A stretch of 64,000 nt of DNA from Octopus sinensis (taxonomy: Eukaryota), in the NCBI RefSeq assembly GCF_006345805.1, contig NC_042997.1:206708001-206772000 (forward strand), given 5' to 3'. Position numbers and translations under genes: made by a program. This document shows, one piece after another, positions 33,700 to 47,345 of the stretch. Below the pieces are notes generated by a model, which worked only from the letters and a program-made list of their open reading frames with translations, made no database searches and was not told the DNA's origin. Numbering within the stretch: position 1 is the stretch's first letter; every line of letters begins with the position of its first letter.

Positions 33700-36600
33700 A
33701 AAGATTGCAGCAGCAAATGTTACAACTATTGAAGTTGATAATCAAACCGAAGAATACATTTTCACCTGACCATGTAGCAAATTCCATATGACACCAAAGA
33801 ATGTCAGAATTAGATGGATAATATGAAAATACATCTACTTTTAAGTAAACTAGGGACAGATGAGCATGAGAAGTATAGTAACTTCCTATCACCAAAAAAA
33901 GCATCTGACATAAATTTCACCAACACAGTTGACATTTTGTGCAAAATGTTTAGTGAAAAGAGCTCAATGTTTAATACTCGATGGAAATGTTTAAACATAG
34001 ATAAGAGCGAAGATGAAGACTTCACTACTTACACAGGCAGAGTCAACAAAGAATATGAGAGATTTAGGCAAGATATGCTTATTCCAGATTCATTCAATTG
34101 TTTGATTTTTGCATGAGGATTGACAAATAAAAGGGATGCAGAAATCCGAACATAATTTCTATCAAAACTGGAAATGAACGAGGATTTGACATCACAGAAA
34201 GTGTCAGAAGAACGTGATAGGATATTAAAATTAAGCAATGACACGGAAGAAATTCAATGGAAAGAGTGTTTCCACATAAGACCAGTGCAAAAATGGCAGA
34301 AAACAAATAAAGTGTTGCAGATAAAACAGAAAAAGTATTGGGTTGTAGATCCATGTATGGCATTCGATGGGAAGCACTTAAAGAGTGATTGTCCATATAT
34401 AAAAGCAAAGTGCTTTCGCTGCAGGTTTACTGGACATATAAAATCGTACTGCAAAAGTAGAATGATATAAAAGTAGAACAAACAAGAAAAGATAAATAGC
34501 TTGTCAGCAGGAAAAGTTACGAGCACAACAAATAGAAAATTCGTGAGAATTGAAAACACTAGTGTCTGAATGCAATTAGACATGGGATGTGATATCACAA
34601 TCATAAACAAGAAAACATGGGAACAAGTGGGTAAACCAAAATTATGTAGTTCAAACAAATAATGTAGGGTGTTAAGGAATAAAATTATATTTCACGGGAG
34701 AATGTAATATATTGTTCAAAGGCCAAACAGAAAAAGTGAATGTTTATGTGTTGAAAAAATCCATGAATTTATTTGCCACTGAATGTATGGAGAAATTTAA
34801 TTTATGGGTCACACTGATAAGAGCTTTGTGCAATAATGTAAACAGAGCAGTCAAATGATAGAACAAGGTTGATGAACTGAAACAAAAAAAGTGACAGGGG
34901 ACATCCTTTGTGAACTACCAGTAACTTTGGAAGGAATAAAAAGAAATGCAAGAAATGACAAATTTATTAATGAGACAAAAAGAAAACCGTGGTCAACAAA
35001 AGGAAATGAAGAAAGGTCTGATGCAGAGAAACCTCAAGATGTGTGTACTCAATATGTGATGGTGTACTAATGTACACTCAGAGGGTGGTCATACCACAGA
35101 CATTACAGAAGAGACTGTTGAAAGTGTTCCATGAGGGACTCCCAGGCATCTATAGAATGAAAGCACTGATGTGAAGTTTCGTACACTATCCAAGCAAGAA
35201 CCAGGAAGTAGAAAACCTGCAGAGGATGTGTGATGGCAGTGAAAATACCATGCTCTCAATTGCATACCAATTTTGCAGGCCTGGTAAACGGATATTATTA
35301 CTTAATAGTAGTGCACAGCTACACAAAATAGCCTGAGCTTGTGAGGTGTAAATGACCAACCTCATATACAGTAATAAACTTCTCACACGAGTTGTGCACA
35401 AGATTTAGTATACTGGATATAATTGTTTCTGATAATAGAACACAGTTTGTATCCTGCGAGATGTTCACATTAGAACATAAAACTATAGCACCTTATCACT
35501 CTAGATCGAATGTTTTACATCTTTGACAAACATTGGATATATAATTTAATGAAGCACAGGTAAAATCAATGTGTTCACACAGCATACTTCATGAGACTCC
35601 AAAATGCCCTCTCAGCGACTCATACCAACCTTTTGTTTCAAGTAATACGCTACTCTTTATAAGAGTTTGGCTTGTCCATTCTTCCAGTACCCCCAGAGGT
35701 GTCAATGACTCTCACCACAACATCTCTCCCTTTGATATTGACTTACATTGGAAGTCAATATTATTTTTATTTATTTATTTTTTCCTTTCATCACATCTCC
35801 CTGTTTGAGATTTTCCTCCTAGGGAAGTTTAATATTTCTTTTGTTTAGGCACTACTTCCAACTGTTCTGTTTGTTTCCAATTTCTTGTGCTGCCCAGCCT
35901 AGGTTCAATTTCTTGTGGTGTTTGAACATCAAAGGTGTCATAGAACACTTCCATGGGTATCTCTTTTCTTTTTTCTGTATATCTATTTTTTGGCTGGTTT
36001 AAATGTCTAGGTGTTCCTATTTTTCACCTCTTATCATATGCCATTTTGCCTATCCTTTTTATTACTACTCAGTCTTGTCTCCCATTTTTATATATTTTGA
36101 AAAATACCTTGTCACTGATATTAAAATACTTTGTCGTATTTTTAGCATTTTCCCTATTTGATTTTCTTACTGTTAGTATAGCTTGTCAAAAATTGACTTT
36201 ATTTTTGGTGTAAACATTAGTTCCACAGGTGACTTGCCCGAAAAAGATTTTGGGTTTGGTGTTATCCGATAAACCCTCGAGAACTGTGTCAATGCTGCAT
36301 CATCGATGAGCTCATTTCTTTATTTGTTTAATGCTCTCTACAGTTACACATTTCTAGCCATTTTGTAAAGCTATCTACCATTATTAGATATGATCGGTTT
36401 AATGATCCTGTGAAATCTATGTGTAGTCTGGACCACGGAATATTGGTCTTGAGCCAAGGTTGAAATTTTCTAGTGGGTGATTTTGCTGAAAAAGCACAAC
36501 CTCTGCAAGATTTTACCACCAGCTTTTCAATATCTAGGTCCATTTTTGGCCAGTAAACATCACTCTTCATAAGTGGCTTCATCCTAGAAATTTCTGGAAG

Positions 36601-38500
36601 TCCAGTGTGGAATTCCTTTAACATTCGTCCTTGTAGTGAAGTAGGCATTACAACCGTCTGTGTATGCATAAGCATATTATTGCGTATTGAATACAGATTC
36701 AAAACTATGTTACTCCAGCCATATGTATTTTTTTATTTATTTCTTCTGATGTCACTATTTTTTCATTTTTATGATAAACTCGTCTGTCACTGCCTTAATT
36801 TATATTTCCTTCAATGTGACAAGCAATTCACGCACAACATTGCACAATATATTTTTTATTTCATTTTCAACTTTTAACGCTGCTATCACTATGTCTTCCA
36901 GTGGTTCACCCTATTTTGGTTTCAACCTTGACAAATCATCTGCATGTCCAATTTTTTCGGTGGCGAATACTCAAGTTTGAAGTCATAATTCAGTAGGATT
37001 GTTCCCCAGCACTGTCTTGACATTTGTTTTTCCTTTTTCTTATCCATTTCAGGTCAACATGCATGTATCTTAGAGTAATCTTTTTCTTCAATCCTTGAAC
37101 CACTGCCTGTAGAGTTAATTTTTGGTCCTGCTCTAATTTTGTTAATATACGGGATTGTATATCAACATCTTTTCTTACAGTTAACCCTTGAACAAAAATT
37201 AGACATTTGAATAAATCCGGGGTTTATTCATTTAATTTGAATTTTTCACACTCTTTGTTAACGACCCCAAAATATGTGATGAAATCTTCATCATCTTTTT
37301 TAACTAAATTCAAACACTGCCAACGAGTATTGAACAGGGAACTTCTTTCACTGAACATTCTAGATAACAATTTGCGTCATCGAAACAAATCTCACCTGAT
37401 TTCTTCAGCAGAATATAATTACAGTATTTTTCGTGTTCAACAGGGGATAACTTTCTTAAAACTAGTCGCACCTTCTTCTCGTCATTCTAATGTTTACCTT
37501 CTTCTTTGAAGATTTCTTTGTATCTTCTGAAACATGCAGAAAAAGTGGTACCTTCTTCTGGGTTCATAAATAAATTCTCCAATTGAGTTTGCTCCAATTG
37601 ACGAGAACGAACCTGAAGTATATTCAGACTTCTTCAACATTACTTCCAATAACTGGTGGTATTGTTGTTGTTGCTGTTGTTGCTGCAGTTGTTGATGTTG
37701 TAACTTCTCCACGCAAGCCAATAAGTCTTCCATGTTAATGATTTTTTCTTTGATTTAGTACCAAAAAAAAAAAAAAAATTCAATGTCCGACGCAAGCTTC
37801 AAACTTCTCGTCGCCATTTTTATATCCTCGTCAAACGTTGGAGATATAATTTAAAGAAGCAGAGATAAAAATCAATGTGTTCTCATGACATACTTCACAA
37901 GACTCCAAAACACCCTCTCAATGACTCCTACTGACCTTTTTGTCTCCACTAGTACGCTACTCTTTAAAATAATTTGGCTAGTCTATTCTTCCAATCAGCC
38001 TGTGGTGTCAATGACTCTCAATGAAAGGGCTGAGTGGTTCATGGACACTTTTAAGAGAGCTTTAAAAAGAGCTAATAAGGAGACCATGGACAAGGTCGCA
38101 ATCCAACGATTCTTAAATGTATACAGGGTAACTCTGAACTAAAATGTGCCAGAAGGAAATTCACAAGCTGAGTTAATGTTTGCTAGAGCGGTGAAGTCGG
38201 TATTCAATAAACTGTTAGCAGTGAAGAAAGAAATACATGCAGAAATAGAAATCAGATTAAGGAAAGATTCATAGAAAAGGTTCCAACATCATAACAAGAA
38301 TTCAAAACCACAAAGGAAAGGAAGACCACTGAATTCCTAAAAGTAGACCCCAAGAAGAAAAGATATTGATAGATAAAAAAAGGAAGAGGTAGAGTGAATA
38401 AAAGAAATTGATTGTTAATAAAGAAATTGAAAGGCGAGATGTTGTGTAGTACAATGCCAGAAAAAACCATTCTATTGATGACTTGGGAAAATAACAATAT
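33700..38500 (+). mobile_element. Gypsy (Mag/K02A2.6-like) LTR retrotransposon remnant, split by an inverted Gypsy copy
   Basis: Gag (DNMKIHLLLSKLG..FNTRWKCL), double zinc knuckle (..HLKSDC..CFRCRFTGHIKSYC), protease QLDMGCDITII, integrase HEGLPGI. APYHSRSN|ERAEWFMDTFKRAL is split at 35510/38021. PPT GAAAGGCGAGA then TGTTGTG at 38440. RT absent. Confidence 0.82.
35511..38020 (-). mobile_element. Gypsy (Mag-like) LTR element, internally deleted, with both LTRs
   Basis: 5' LTR ~38020-37817; PBS TGGCGACGAG at 37816-37807 (complementary to the tRNA-Ser 3' end); Gag ORFs 37733-37494; integrase ORF 36702-36328 (FHTGLPEISRMK..YWPKMDLDIE..CRGC..PWSRLHIDF); PPT AAAGGGAGAGA; 3' LTR 35722-35511 (TGT..ACA). 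Confidence 0.85.
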
Positions 38501-41330
38501 CTACAGATCTATATTTAAGAGATGAGGAATTATGTAAATTATTTACATTTGATGGATATTTGTCCACATTTTGTTTGTTGTTAACATATCGGCTGATATA
38601 CTCTCCAGCCTTTATCAGGGAAATTTCAAACCTGGGTTCTCATTCCAAAGGTATTTTTTGGTGTTATTATTATTATTATTATTCAGCGCACTGCTTGGAA
38701 TCGAACTTAGAATCTTCGGGTTAGTACCCCGCTCTCTTAACCATTATGCCATATGCCCTTGGGAAATTATGGAGTGAATTTTAGGGCCTATAAATCTAAT
38801 ATTCTCCTATCCTTCCTTAATACCGGTTCCCATATGCTGCTCATATCTGCACTCGGTCTGCTTAGGAGGTTGTTGTGTCCTAGCATATGTGCTGCTTCTT
38901 TTAGTTTTCGTATTTTCCAGTGGTGTTCTCTGTCTATTATTTTAACTTCATCCCACAGGGGGAGGTGGTCTCCATTTTCCCATACATGATCAGCTATACC
39001 CGATTTATCAGTATCTCCTCGTGTCACAGCTTTGCGATGTTCCTCTACCCTTATTTTGAGGGTGCAGCATGTTTCGCCTTTGTATACCCTACCCCAGCTG
39101 CATGGGATGGAGTACACGCAGTCTTTGGTCACATTCTCTTCTATTGGTGGTTTTACTCGAAGGAGATATCTGTGAAGTGTTGTATTACTCTTGAATACTG
39201 TCCTGATGTCATACGGGCCACAAATCTTTTGTATCTTTTCGAAGAGGCCTTTTACAAAGGGTAGACAAACTGTGGACAGTTTATTGACCTCATCCTCTCT
39301 CTTCTTCATAATTGGAGTGGATAGTATACTTTTGGGGTTAGTTGTTGCTTAATGGATTGTTATTGAGCTTGATCATTTCTTCGTGGTGGGTATCACGATC
39401 GCTACTTATATTCTTTGCTCAGTGTTTTAGACACTGAGCAATCCCTTTCTTTACACTGTATGGATGGTGGGAATTGAAGTTGAGGTATCGTCCAGTAAAG
39501 GTCAGCTTGTGGTATACGGATGTCCTGAATCCATACTTGTCCAGGAATGCCAGCTGATTGTCTTTTTCTTTTTCCATTATGAACTGTATGGATGGCTTTA
39601 TTGAGTTCAAATGGTCTAACAGCACTTGGACATCTTCCTGGTGGGGCCAGAGTATGAAGATGTCATTAACATATCGCAGCCATAAGATTGGTTTTAGTGG
39701 TGTTGATCCTAAAGCCAAATTCTCAAAGTATTCCATGTGTATATTGGCTATTATCGGTGATAATGGTAAACCTATAGTTAAACCCTCTTCTTGTCGATAT
39801 ATATCAGTGTCCATACTGAAGTAGGTAGTTTCTACACAGAAGGTCAACATTTCCATCTATTTTCTTATTGGTATACTAGTGCATTCTTTTAGATGGGTGT
39901 CTGTCACTAGTTTTTCTTGTATCACTGATAGTGCTTCACCAGTTGGGACTTTAGTGAACAGACTTATCACATCTAGACTCACCCTCTGGTTGGATTCAAT
40001 GGAGGTATCCTTGGTCACTTATGTGAAGTGGGTGGAATTCTTCACGTACGAAACTGACTTTCCTGCTAATGGACTGATTATATCCATAACGAAGTGGCTC
40101 AGTGGATAACATGCTGAACCTCTACAGCTCACTATAGGTCTTAACGGAATACCATCCTTGTGAATCTTAGGGCGACCGTACATGTGTGGTAGTTTACTGT
40201 GGTGTTGAGTCAGTTGTGTGTACTTCATTGGTGTAAAGTGATCCTTATTCTTGATCAAGATCCATGACAGCTTCCTCTTTGTTTTCAGAGTTGGGTCTTT
40301 CTTTACTTTGCTGTAGCTACCATCACTTACAAGACTTGCCAACTTTTCATAGTAGTCAGACTTGCTCATCACCACTGAAGCATTTCCCTTGTCCACTGGA
40401 AGTATTATGATGGAATTGTCACTCTGTGATCTTTTGATAGTGAACTTTTCTCCTTTAGTGATGTTTGTTTTAGAAAGTTTTGTTTTTTCCAGTACCTGTC
40501 TCACTTTACACCTTAGTTCACCTCCTTTAGCTTTTGGTATCTTTATGGCTATCTCTTCATTATGTCCAAGTATGGAATACGCTTGATGGTTGTCGCAAAG
40601 TTGAAACCTTTGTTAAGTACTGCTTCTTCAGAGCTTTCTAGATGTCATCTACTTACGGATTTCAGTCTTCATTCTCTGACATTCATAAACTTCTTAATCT
40701 GGCATGTCTTCACCATTTCAAATTCTTTCATGCACAACTTTTCTAGATCTTGTTGGACTCTCTATCATTGTCTCTGGTCGTTTTCCTAAGTAATGAAGAT
40801 AACCTCTCTTTGATTTCATTATTTAGTCGATGTTTTTTCCAATGGTTGTAATGGATCCTCTCACAGACCAGGGCACGTCCAGCCCTTTCCGCTACTCTTC
40901 TAGCTTTATATGAATCCACTGGGGTCATTATATTCAAGCCAGGTGGTATTAGCTTTGAGTCTCTACATCTACACAGGAAACTTAGATGGTTTGAAAGATG
41001 AGCGAGTTTTTGATGGAGTTTCTCTTATATGTCTCCATTGAAGTCTAATGTCAGCTCCGTGCCGATTAGATAATACAGTTCTGTATTTAAGAGATGAGGA
41101 ATTATGTACATTATTTATATTTGACAGATAATTCAGTGACCTGAATAATGATAATAATAATAATAATAATAACAATAACAACAACAACATAATAATACCT
41201 TAGGAATGAGAACCCAGGTTCAAAATTTCCCCAAGACACCTGATGAAGGCTGGAGGGTATATCAGCCGAAATGTTGTGTTAACAACAAACAAGATGAAGA
41301 CAAATATCCGTCAAATGTAAATAATGTATA
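38500..41330 (-). mobile_element. Penelope/Poseidon-like retroelement, near full length, with 3' pLTR and inverted 5' pLTR
   Basis: ORFs 40504-40019 (ILPVDKGNASVV, PHMYGRPKIHKDGIPLRPIVS), 39856-39419 (GLPLSPIIAN, WLRYVNDIF), 39309-38788 (VYSIPC..VYKGET..RVEEHRK; GIY-YIG). pLTR sequence at ~38500-38655 (-), ~41095-41150 (-) and ~41190-41330 (+). Confidence 0.9.
41236..41279 (+). ncRNA. Type I minimal hammerhead ribozyme motif in the inverted Penelope pLTR
   Basis: ACAC-CTGATGA-A-GGCTG(10 nt)CAGCC-GAAA-TGTT|GTGT. Perfect stems I and II and core; one base (T41272) away from a palindromic AACGTT stem III. Confidence 0.7.
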
Positions 41331-41624
41331 ACAATATCTGTCGGAGTGACAACCATCGTCAGAAGACAGATACACAAAGTGGTAAAAGACCACGTTACGA
41401 CAAAGCCTAACACTGCTCACCACCCCTATTCCCTTCCCCTCCATCCCAATCTCTATGTTTATCAGATGATAAACATAGAGATTGAGAAGCAAATAAAATG
41501 ATGGTAAAGTGTATGCAGGCTGAAGTCATATGTATGTTTGTGATGTCTACCAAATGCACATGTGAGCTATCTTCTCAGATGCAAAATGCTGTCCCCCATC
41601 CCTGGATCTCCCCAGCTCACACCC

Positions 41625-41825
41625 TTAGAGGTGACACAATGCTGGCACACTGAAAGGTAGGTCTGGTAAGATTGTTGAGATGCTTGAATGGAGATGTGTA
41701 GATTAGTGCAGCATCCAAGAAGTAAGGTGGAGAGGAAGTTCTGCCAGGTTCTTCACAGGCAAAGAACATGGGTATAAGATTTTCTGGTAGGGAACACTGA
41801 TGGGGTCGGGGGCATGGGTATACTC
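41625..41825 (+). mobile_element. LINE apurinic endonuclease fragment (RTE-like)
   Basis: TLKGRSGKIVEMLEWRCVD..IQEVRWRGSSARF..YKIFW..GVGGMGIL. Confidence 0.6.
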
Positions 41826-42025
41826 ATCATCATCATCATTGTTTAATGTCCATTTTCCATGCTGGCATGAGTTGGACAGTTTGACTGGGGACTGGCAAGC
41901 CACAAGGCCACACACCAGGCTCCAATCTGATCTGGATGCACTTTCTAACACCAACCGCTCTGAGAGTGTAGTGGATGTCTTTTACGTGCCACTGGCAAAG
42001 GAGCCAGTCAGGTGGCACAAGGCCT
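41826..42025 (-). mobile_element. SINE 3' module
   Basis: (CAT)n followed by gtttaatgtccattttccatgctggcatg..., reverse of the GAT-tailed module. Confidence 0.7.
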
Positions 42026-42479
42026 GAAATTTTGGGAGAGAGGTTAATCAATTACATCAACCCCAGTGTGTAACTGGTACTTATTTTAACAACCCTGAAA
42101 GGATGAAAGGTGAAGCTGACCTCAGTAGAATTTGAACCCAGAACGTTAACACAGATGAAATATCACTAAACATTTTGTCCACATTTCCCAAACAACAACA
42201 ACAACAACCAAAAGTACCAATCTTATAAGCCTGATTAATGCCACAACATCACATGGAATACAGTGGTGAAAAAAACATCACAACCATTTACCCACAAAAG
42301 TAAACCAGGTGAACCTAATTTATAAATACTGCTTTGTGTTGGGCCCTCAATTCCTCGATGGGGTTGTAGGGGGGAACTATGCTGTTGGGTACTTTTAGAC
42401 CTGGAGAGGCCAGGAGATGTGGCGATTTGCTATACTTGAAAAACATCACGTGAAGCTAAATAAAATCACTGTCTTCACT

Positions 42480-42726
42480 GCGTACAGGTTTGTGCTTTCA
42501 GGGGTGGGTGCCACATGAAACCACACCCATGTTGGGGCTGTGTGTCAACACACCTGTGCCAGTGGCACATATTAAAAGCACCCAGCACATTAAGTGGTTG
42601 GCATTAGGAAGGACATCCAGCCATAGATTCCATGCCACAACAGACATTTGGACCCTGGCCAGCTCCACTTCAAACAATCCAACCCATGCCAGCATGGAAA
42701 GTGGACGTTAAATGAGGATGATGATG
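42480..42726 (+). mobile_element. SINE 3' module
   Basis: gtggttggcattaggaaggacatccagc...ggacgttaaatgaggatgatgatg. Confidence 0.7.
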
Positions 42727-43761
42727 TCAATGGCCATCCCTCTGTAGGAATGACCAAAACTGATTTCTTCTAAAAAGAAGGAGAAAGAGAGAGAGAGAGA
42801 GAGATAGACAAAAAGAAAGTAAAAGTGAGAGGGAGAGGAAAAATTGACCCCAAAATAATCAAAGACAAAATTGATTCCAGCATTGCAATGAGTCAGAATG
42901 ATTGCCACAAAGCATCCTATCTGGTGTTCTACTAACTTTGTGACTTGACCACTTCATTAACACAACAGAATTCACTTAAAAACAAGTTTATGTCACTAAA
43001 ACGTTGTCTTCACACACAACATTTTTTCTCATGATAATTAAGAAACTATTTTTAAAAACCAAAACACAGGACACTTGAAATATTTAATTAGATTGTTTAT
43101 AATGAAGATAGCGAACCAGACCAGAGATTGAAAAACTTCCAGGACACTAACCAAAAATAGAAAAATCTAAAAACATCAATATAATAGAAATACAACAAAA
43201 TGAAGTTGATTATTATGTGTCCGACCCTTGCCAGCATGGAATGTGGATGTTAAATCATGATGGTGATGATGATGTGCGTGCATGTACACTGGTACTGAAC
43301 TCACAAACCACTCCCACAAACAAGCAGCCTTGAGATAGACTTAGGTGCACTCATCCTATCCTGCTGCAAAAACAACACAGATAATACATGAAGCAGAAGA
43401 AAAGCATCACAAGTCAACTGCGCTCCTATCCTATACACCCTCTACCAACACCCATATGCACCACCAAGTTAACCACCACAACATCACCTGTTGCACATAT
43501 ATACCCAGCTACCACACAGGGCAGACATATACCCAACTCCATTTTGAACGCTTACCCATCATCATCATCTTCACCTCAATGAAGAAAGCAAACACACAAA
43601 CATATATATTTATCTTGCATAAGACTTTGGAAGTGGGGACCTTGGTACAGAATTTCATAGGTTTTGAGTAGTGGGAAACCACCTTTTAGCTAATATTAGT
43701 AGTACCTGTTAGGGTTCCAAATATGGTTTACCTAGCAGCTTTAGGTATAAAACCACCACTA

Positions 43762-44148
43762 TGGAAGCACTCCGTCTGTTACGACGACGAGGGTTCCAGT
43801 TGATCCGATCAACGGAACAGCCTGCTCGTGAAATTAACGTGTAAGTGGCTGAGCACTCCACAGACACATTGTGTACCCTTAACGTAGTTCTCGGGGATAT
43901 TCAGCGTGACACAGAGAGTGACAAGGCTGGCCCTTTGAAATACAGGTACAACAGAAACAGGAAGTAAGAGTGAGAGAAAGTTGTGGTGAAAGAGTACAGC
44001 AGGGATCACCACCACCCCCTGCCGGAGCCTCGTGGAGCTTTAGGTGTTTTCGCTCAATAAACACCCACAACGCCCGGTCTGGGAATCGAAACCGCGATCC
44101 TATGACCGCGAGTCCGCTGCCCTAACCACTGGGCCATTGCGCCTCCAC
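43762..44148 (-). mobile_element. Full-length tRNA-derived SINE with 14 bp TSD
   Basis: Head GTGGAGGCGCAATGGCCCAGTGGTTAGGGC...GGTTTCGATTCC (A and B boxes). TAAAACCACCACTA at 43748-43761 and 44149-44162. Confidence 0.93.
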
Positions 44149-45164
44149 TAAAACCACCACTACCATGTGTGTTGGCAGGGAGAAAATGCATCTTGATTAT
44201 ATTTGAGATACCTGGCAGCCTACTGAAACCAGCCCAGACTAATCTAGCATGTTATCAATTCCAATGGTATCACTGGTTAAGGCAGGTGTACAAGTACCAC
44301 TGGTGAGGGCAAGTGTACACATGTACACATTGTCTACCCTACATAAAATTATGTGAGGGCCATCTGTGGATCCCTTCCTACAATCCAGTAATAATTTGAT
44401 GTGATGCAGCATGCCTTTGCTGATCTTGGGAAAGTCTCATCTCATTTCTGTCTTGACACTCCATCTGATGTACTGCAGCATGTCATTACTTGTATCAACT
44501 CACAGTCTGAGGTGTGTGTGTGTGAGTTGGGGGGGGGGCATGTAGTGTGTCAAGGAAACCATATTTAGCTGTCATGCATCAGCACAGTTGTGCTTTGGCA
44601 ATTGCTGCCTATTAGAGATGGTCGCACAGCTATAAATATGGTGTCACCTGACCAGAAAGGGATGTTATTTCTAGTCAGTCAAATAACAGCTAGCAGAAGA
44701 TTTCGACAAGAATACAGCTATTTTCAGTGAGACTTCAGAAGGGCACTACCTCTGACGGCATTACTTCGACATGAACAGCTGTGTTATTTCACCGACTTAA
44801 TGCCATAAACTTTGGGATTACAGAAAGCACACACAGAGAATCCCATTATTCTCTATGGACCAAACTTGCCTGTTTAAACTTCTTACTGCATTTATTGCAG
44901 TATGCTTCCACCTATGTATGTAGTAGTGAGTCCAATAGGCTTCTTGAATCCTACATAAAACTGTCTACACACATTGCAACCCAAATAAATTAAGGTGTTT
45001 ATTATAATATAGCTTTCTGATGTATTTTCTCAATGCCTCACAGATGCAACTCTTTCATTGATTCCCACTTTGTGTATTTAGTTGGTAACACACTAAACTG
45101 GTGAAAATTAACTCAAGTTACATTCTTACATAGTTATATTTGGACACAGAAACAACTCTGCCGC

Positions 45165-46430
45165 AAATGTTATCGCAGGGTAAGGACAATACTCAAGACA
45201 GAGCTAAACGCAAGAAACACAACCAAAGCGATCAATACTTTAGCCATACCGGTCGTGACTTACAGTTTCAATATCGTTAACTGGTCAATTACTGAAATAT
45301 GTAATCTTGACAGAAAAATACGAAAACTGTTGACAATGCATAGATTGCACCACCCTAAGGCAGATATAGAACGACTTTACATGACAAGAAAAGAGGGTCT
45401 TTTACAACTGGCAATAACAATGAAGATTGCTACAATTGGCCTAGACACCTACCTGAAAAACTCTGGGGACTGGATGTTAAAACTTGTCTCAAAACATGAA
45501 AACAAGAAAGCATCATACTTAGTAACAAAACCGGCAAAGGAATATCTAAGTGAATTCCGAATACAACAAATTTTGGAATTAGACACACAAGAAACAAGCA
45601 CAGAAAAAGCTAAGCGCATGAAAACACATGCTAAAACTGCTGCCTTAGATATTCTTACGTATAAATGGCAAGAAAAACCTCTCTATGGCAAATACCCAAA
45701 GAGAGTGAATAATGCAGATGTTGACAAAGCCCTGACCCATCAATGGCTAATGGCCTGTGGCTTAAAATCTGAAACAGAAGGGTTTATCATAGCAGCTCAA
45801 GATCAATGCCTACCTACAAGGAACTACCTGGCCAACATATTAAAGGATGGCAGTAGCCCAACATGTCGTGTATGTCAACAACAAAATGAAACCATTGATT
45901 ATGTTGTCTCCAAATGCAGTCTTCTCGCGCCTACAGAGTATCTCAACAGGCATGATAGAACTGCACAATATATTCACTGGGTAATTTGCAAATATTTGGA
46001 CCTGCTCCATGATAAAAACTTGTGGGACACAAACCATCTCCAGAGCTTGAAAATGACCACATCTCACTCCTCTGGAACTTTACTGTTCAAACTAACAGAA
46101 AGCTAGATGCAAATAGGCCGGATATTATATTGAAAGACTTCAGACAAAGAACATGCCTCCTCATTGATATGACTGTACCAATTGATATAAACGTATCTGT
46201 CAAGACCTACCAAAAACTGAGCAAATATAAAGATCTTGAAATAGAAATCAGCAAAATGTGGAACCTGAAGACTAAAACAATACCTGTTGTCATAGGTGCC
46301 CTGGGAATGATAGGAAAAGGGGCTGATTGCTACCTAACTCAGATACCAGAAAACCCCAAAATGGCAGAAATTCAAAAGATAGTGCTCATGGGAACTGCCC
46401 ATACCCTACGTAAAATAGAATCTATGTAAC
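45165..46430 (+). mobile_element. R4/Dong-type (RLE) LINE 3' fragment
   Basis: ORFs 45255-46106 (HHPKADIERLY, LKSETEGF, CRVCQQQNETIDYVVSKC, HDRTAQYIHW) and 46022-46429 (NRPDIIL, IPVVIGALG). Confidence 0.9.
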
Positions 46431-46980
46431 CCTCAAAACATTTTAACCGGCAAAAAGTCAAAATATTTTAAAATGTATATCTTAACAAACACCTTTTCCC
46501 GCCATCTTCATGTCAGACTATCCTCTTATAATGAAATTACTTTCGAAGCCATCTTTTAATTTACTTATGTTTTCAGGGAGCTGGAGGGGAGGTGGAGGAG
46601 CAATGAAGAGAAAAGTGGAGAAAGAAGGAAAGAAAGAAAGAGAGAGAGAAGGAAAACGATAAAGAAAGAAAAGAAACGAAAGAAAGAAAACATGTAAACA
46701 GAAACCCATGTGTCAGGTTACGGCCTTTTAACGCCGCACCCAAGAAATCAAAATGAAAGCAATAAAATTAAGACAGAAAATGAATCTCAGTAAAAAAAAA
46801 ATGATGATGTAAGGTGTAAATAGATTTCCGTGATCAACAAACATTACAGAGTAACCTTTTACTAAAGCGGCTTCAATTAATAGAAAACCTGTTGGGAAAT
46901 CTTGGATAAATAATTCCCACGTTTTCACTAAAAACCACACAGCATTTATCAATGTATACAGGTATTGTATATGTCTATGT

Positions 46981-47345
46981 GTGGAGGCACAACGGCCCAG
47001 TGGTTAGGGCAGTGGACTCGCGGTCGTAGGATCGCGGTTTTGATCCCCAGACCCGGTGCTGTGAGTGTTTATTGAGCGAAAACACATAAAGCTCCACGAG
47101 GCCCCGGCAGTGGGTGGTGGCGAACCCTGCTGTACCCTTTCACCGCAACTTTCTCTCAGTCCTTCTTCCTGTTGTACCTGTATTTCAAAGGGCCAGCCTC
47201 GACACACTCTGTGTCACGCTGAATCTCCCTGAGAGATCCACGTGTCTGTGGAGTACTCAGCCACTTGCACGTTAATTTCACGAGCAGACTGTTCCGTTGA
47301 TCGGATCAACTGGAACCCTCATCGTCGCAACCGACGGAGTGCCAC
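46981..47345 (+). mobile_element. tRNA-derived SINE, same family as 43762-44148, opposite orientation
   Basis: gtggaggcacaacggcccagtggttagggc...ccgacggagtgc with a short internal deletion. Confidence 0.9.

Noticed and set aside
44075-44148. tRNA-like cloverleaf heads here and at 46981, 2117 and 7240
   Set aside because: They are SINE heads followed by shared body sequence and TSD, not tRNA genes
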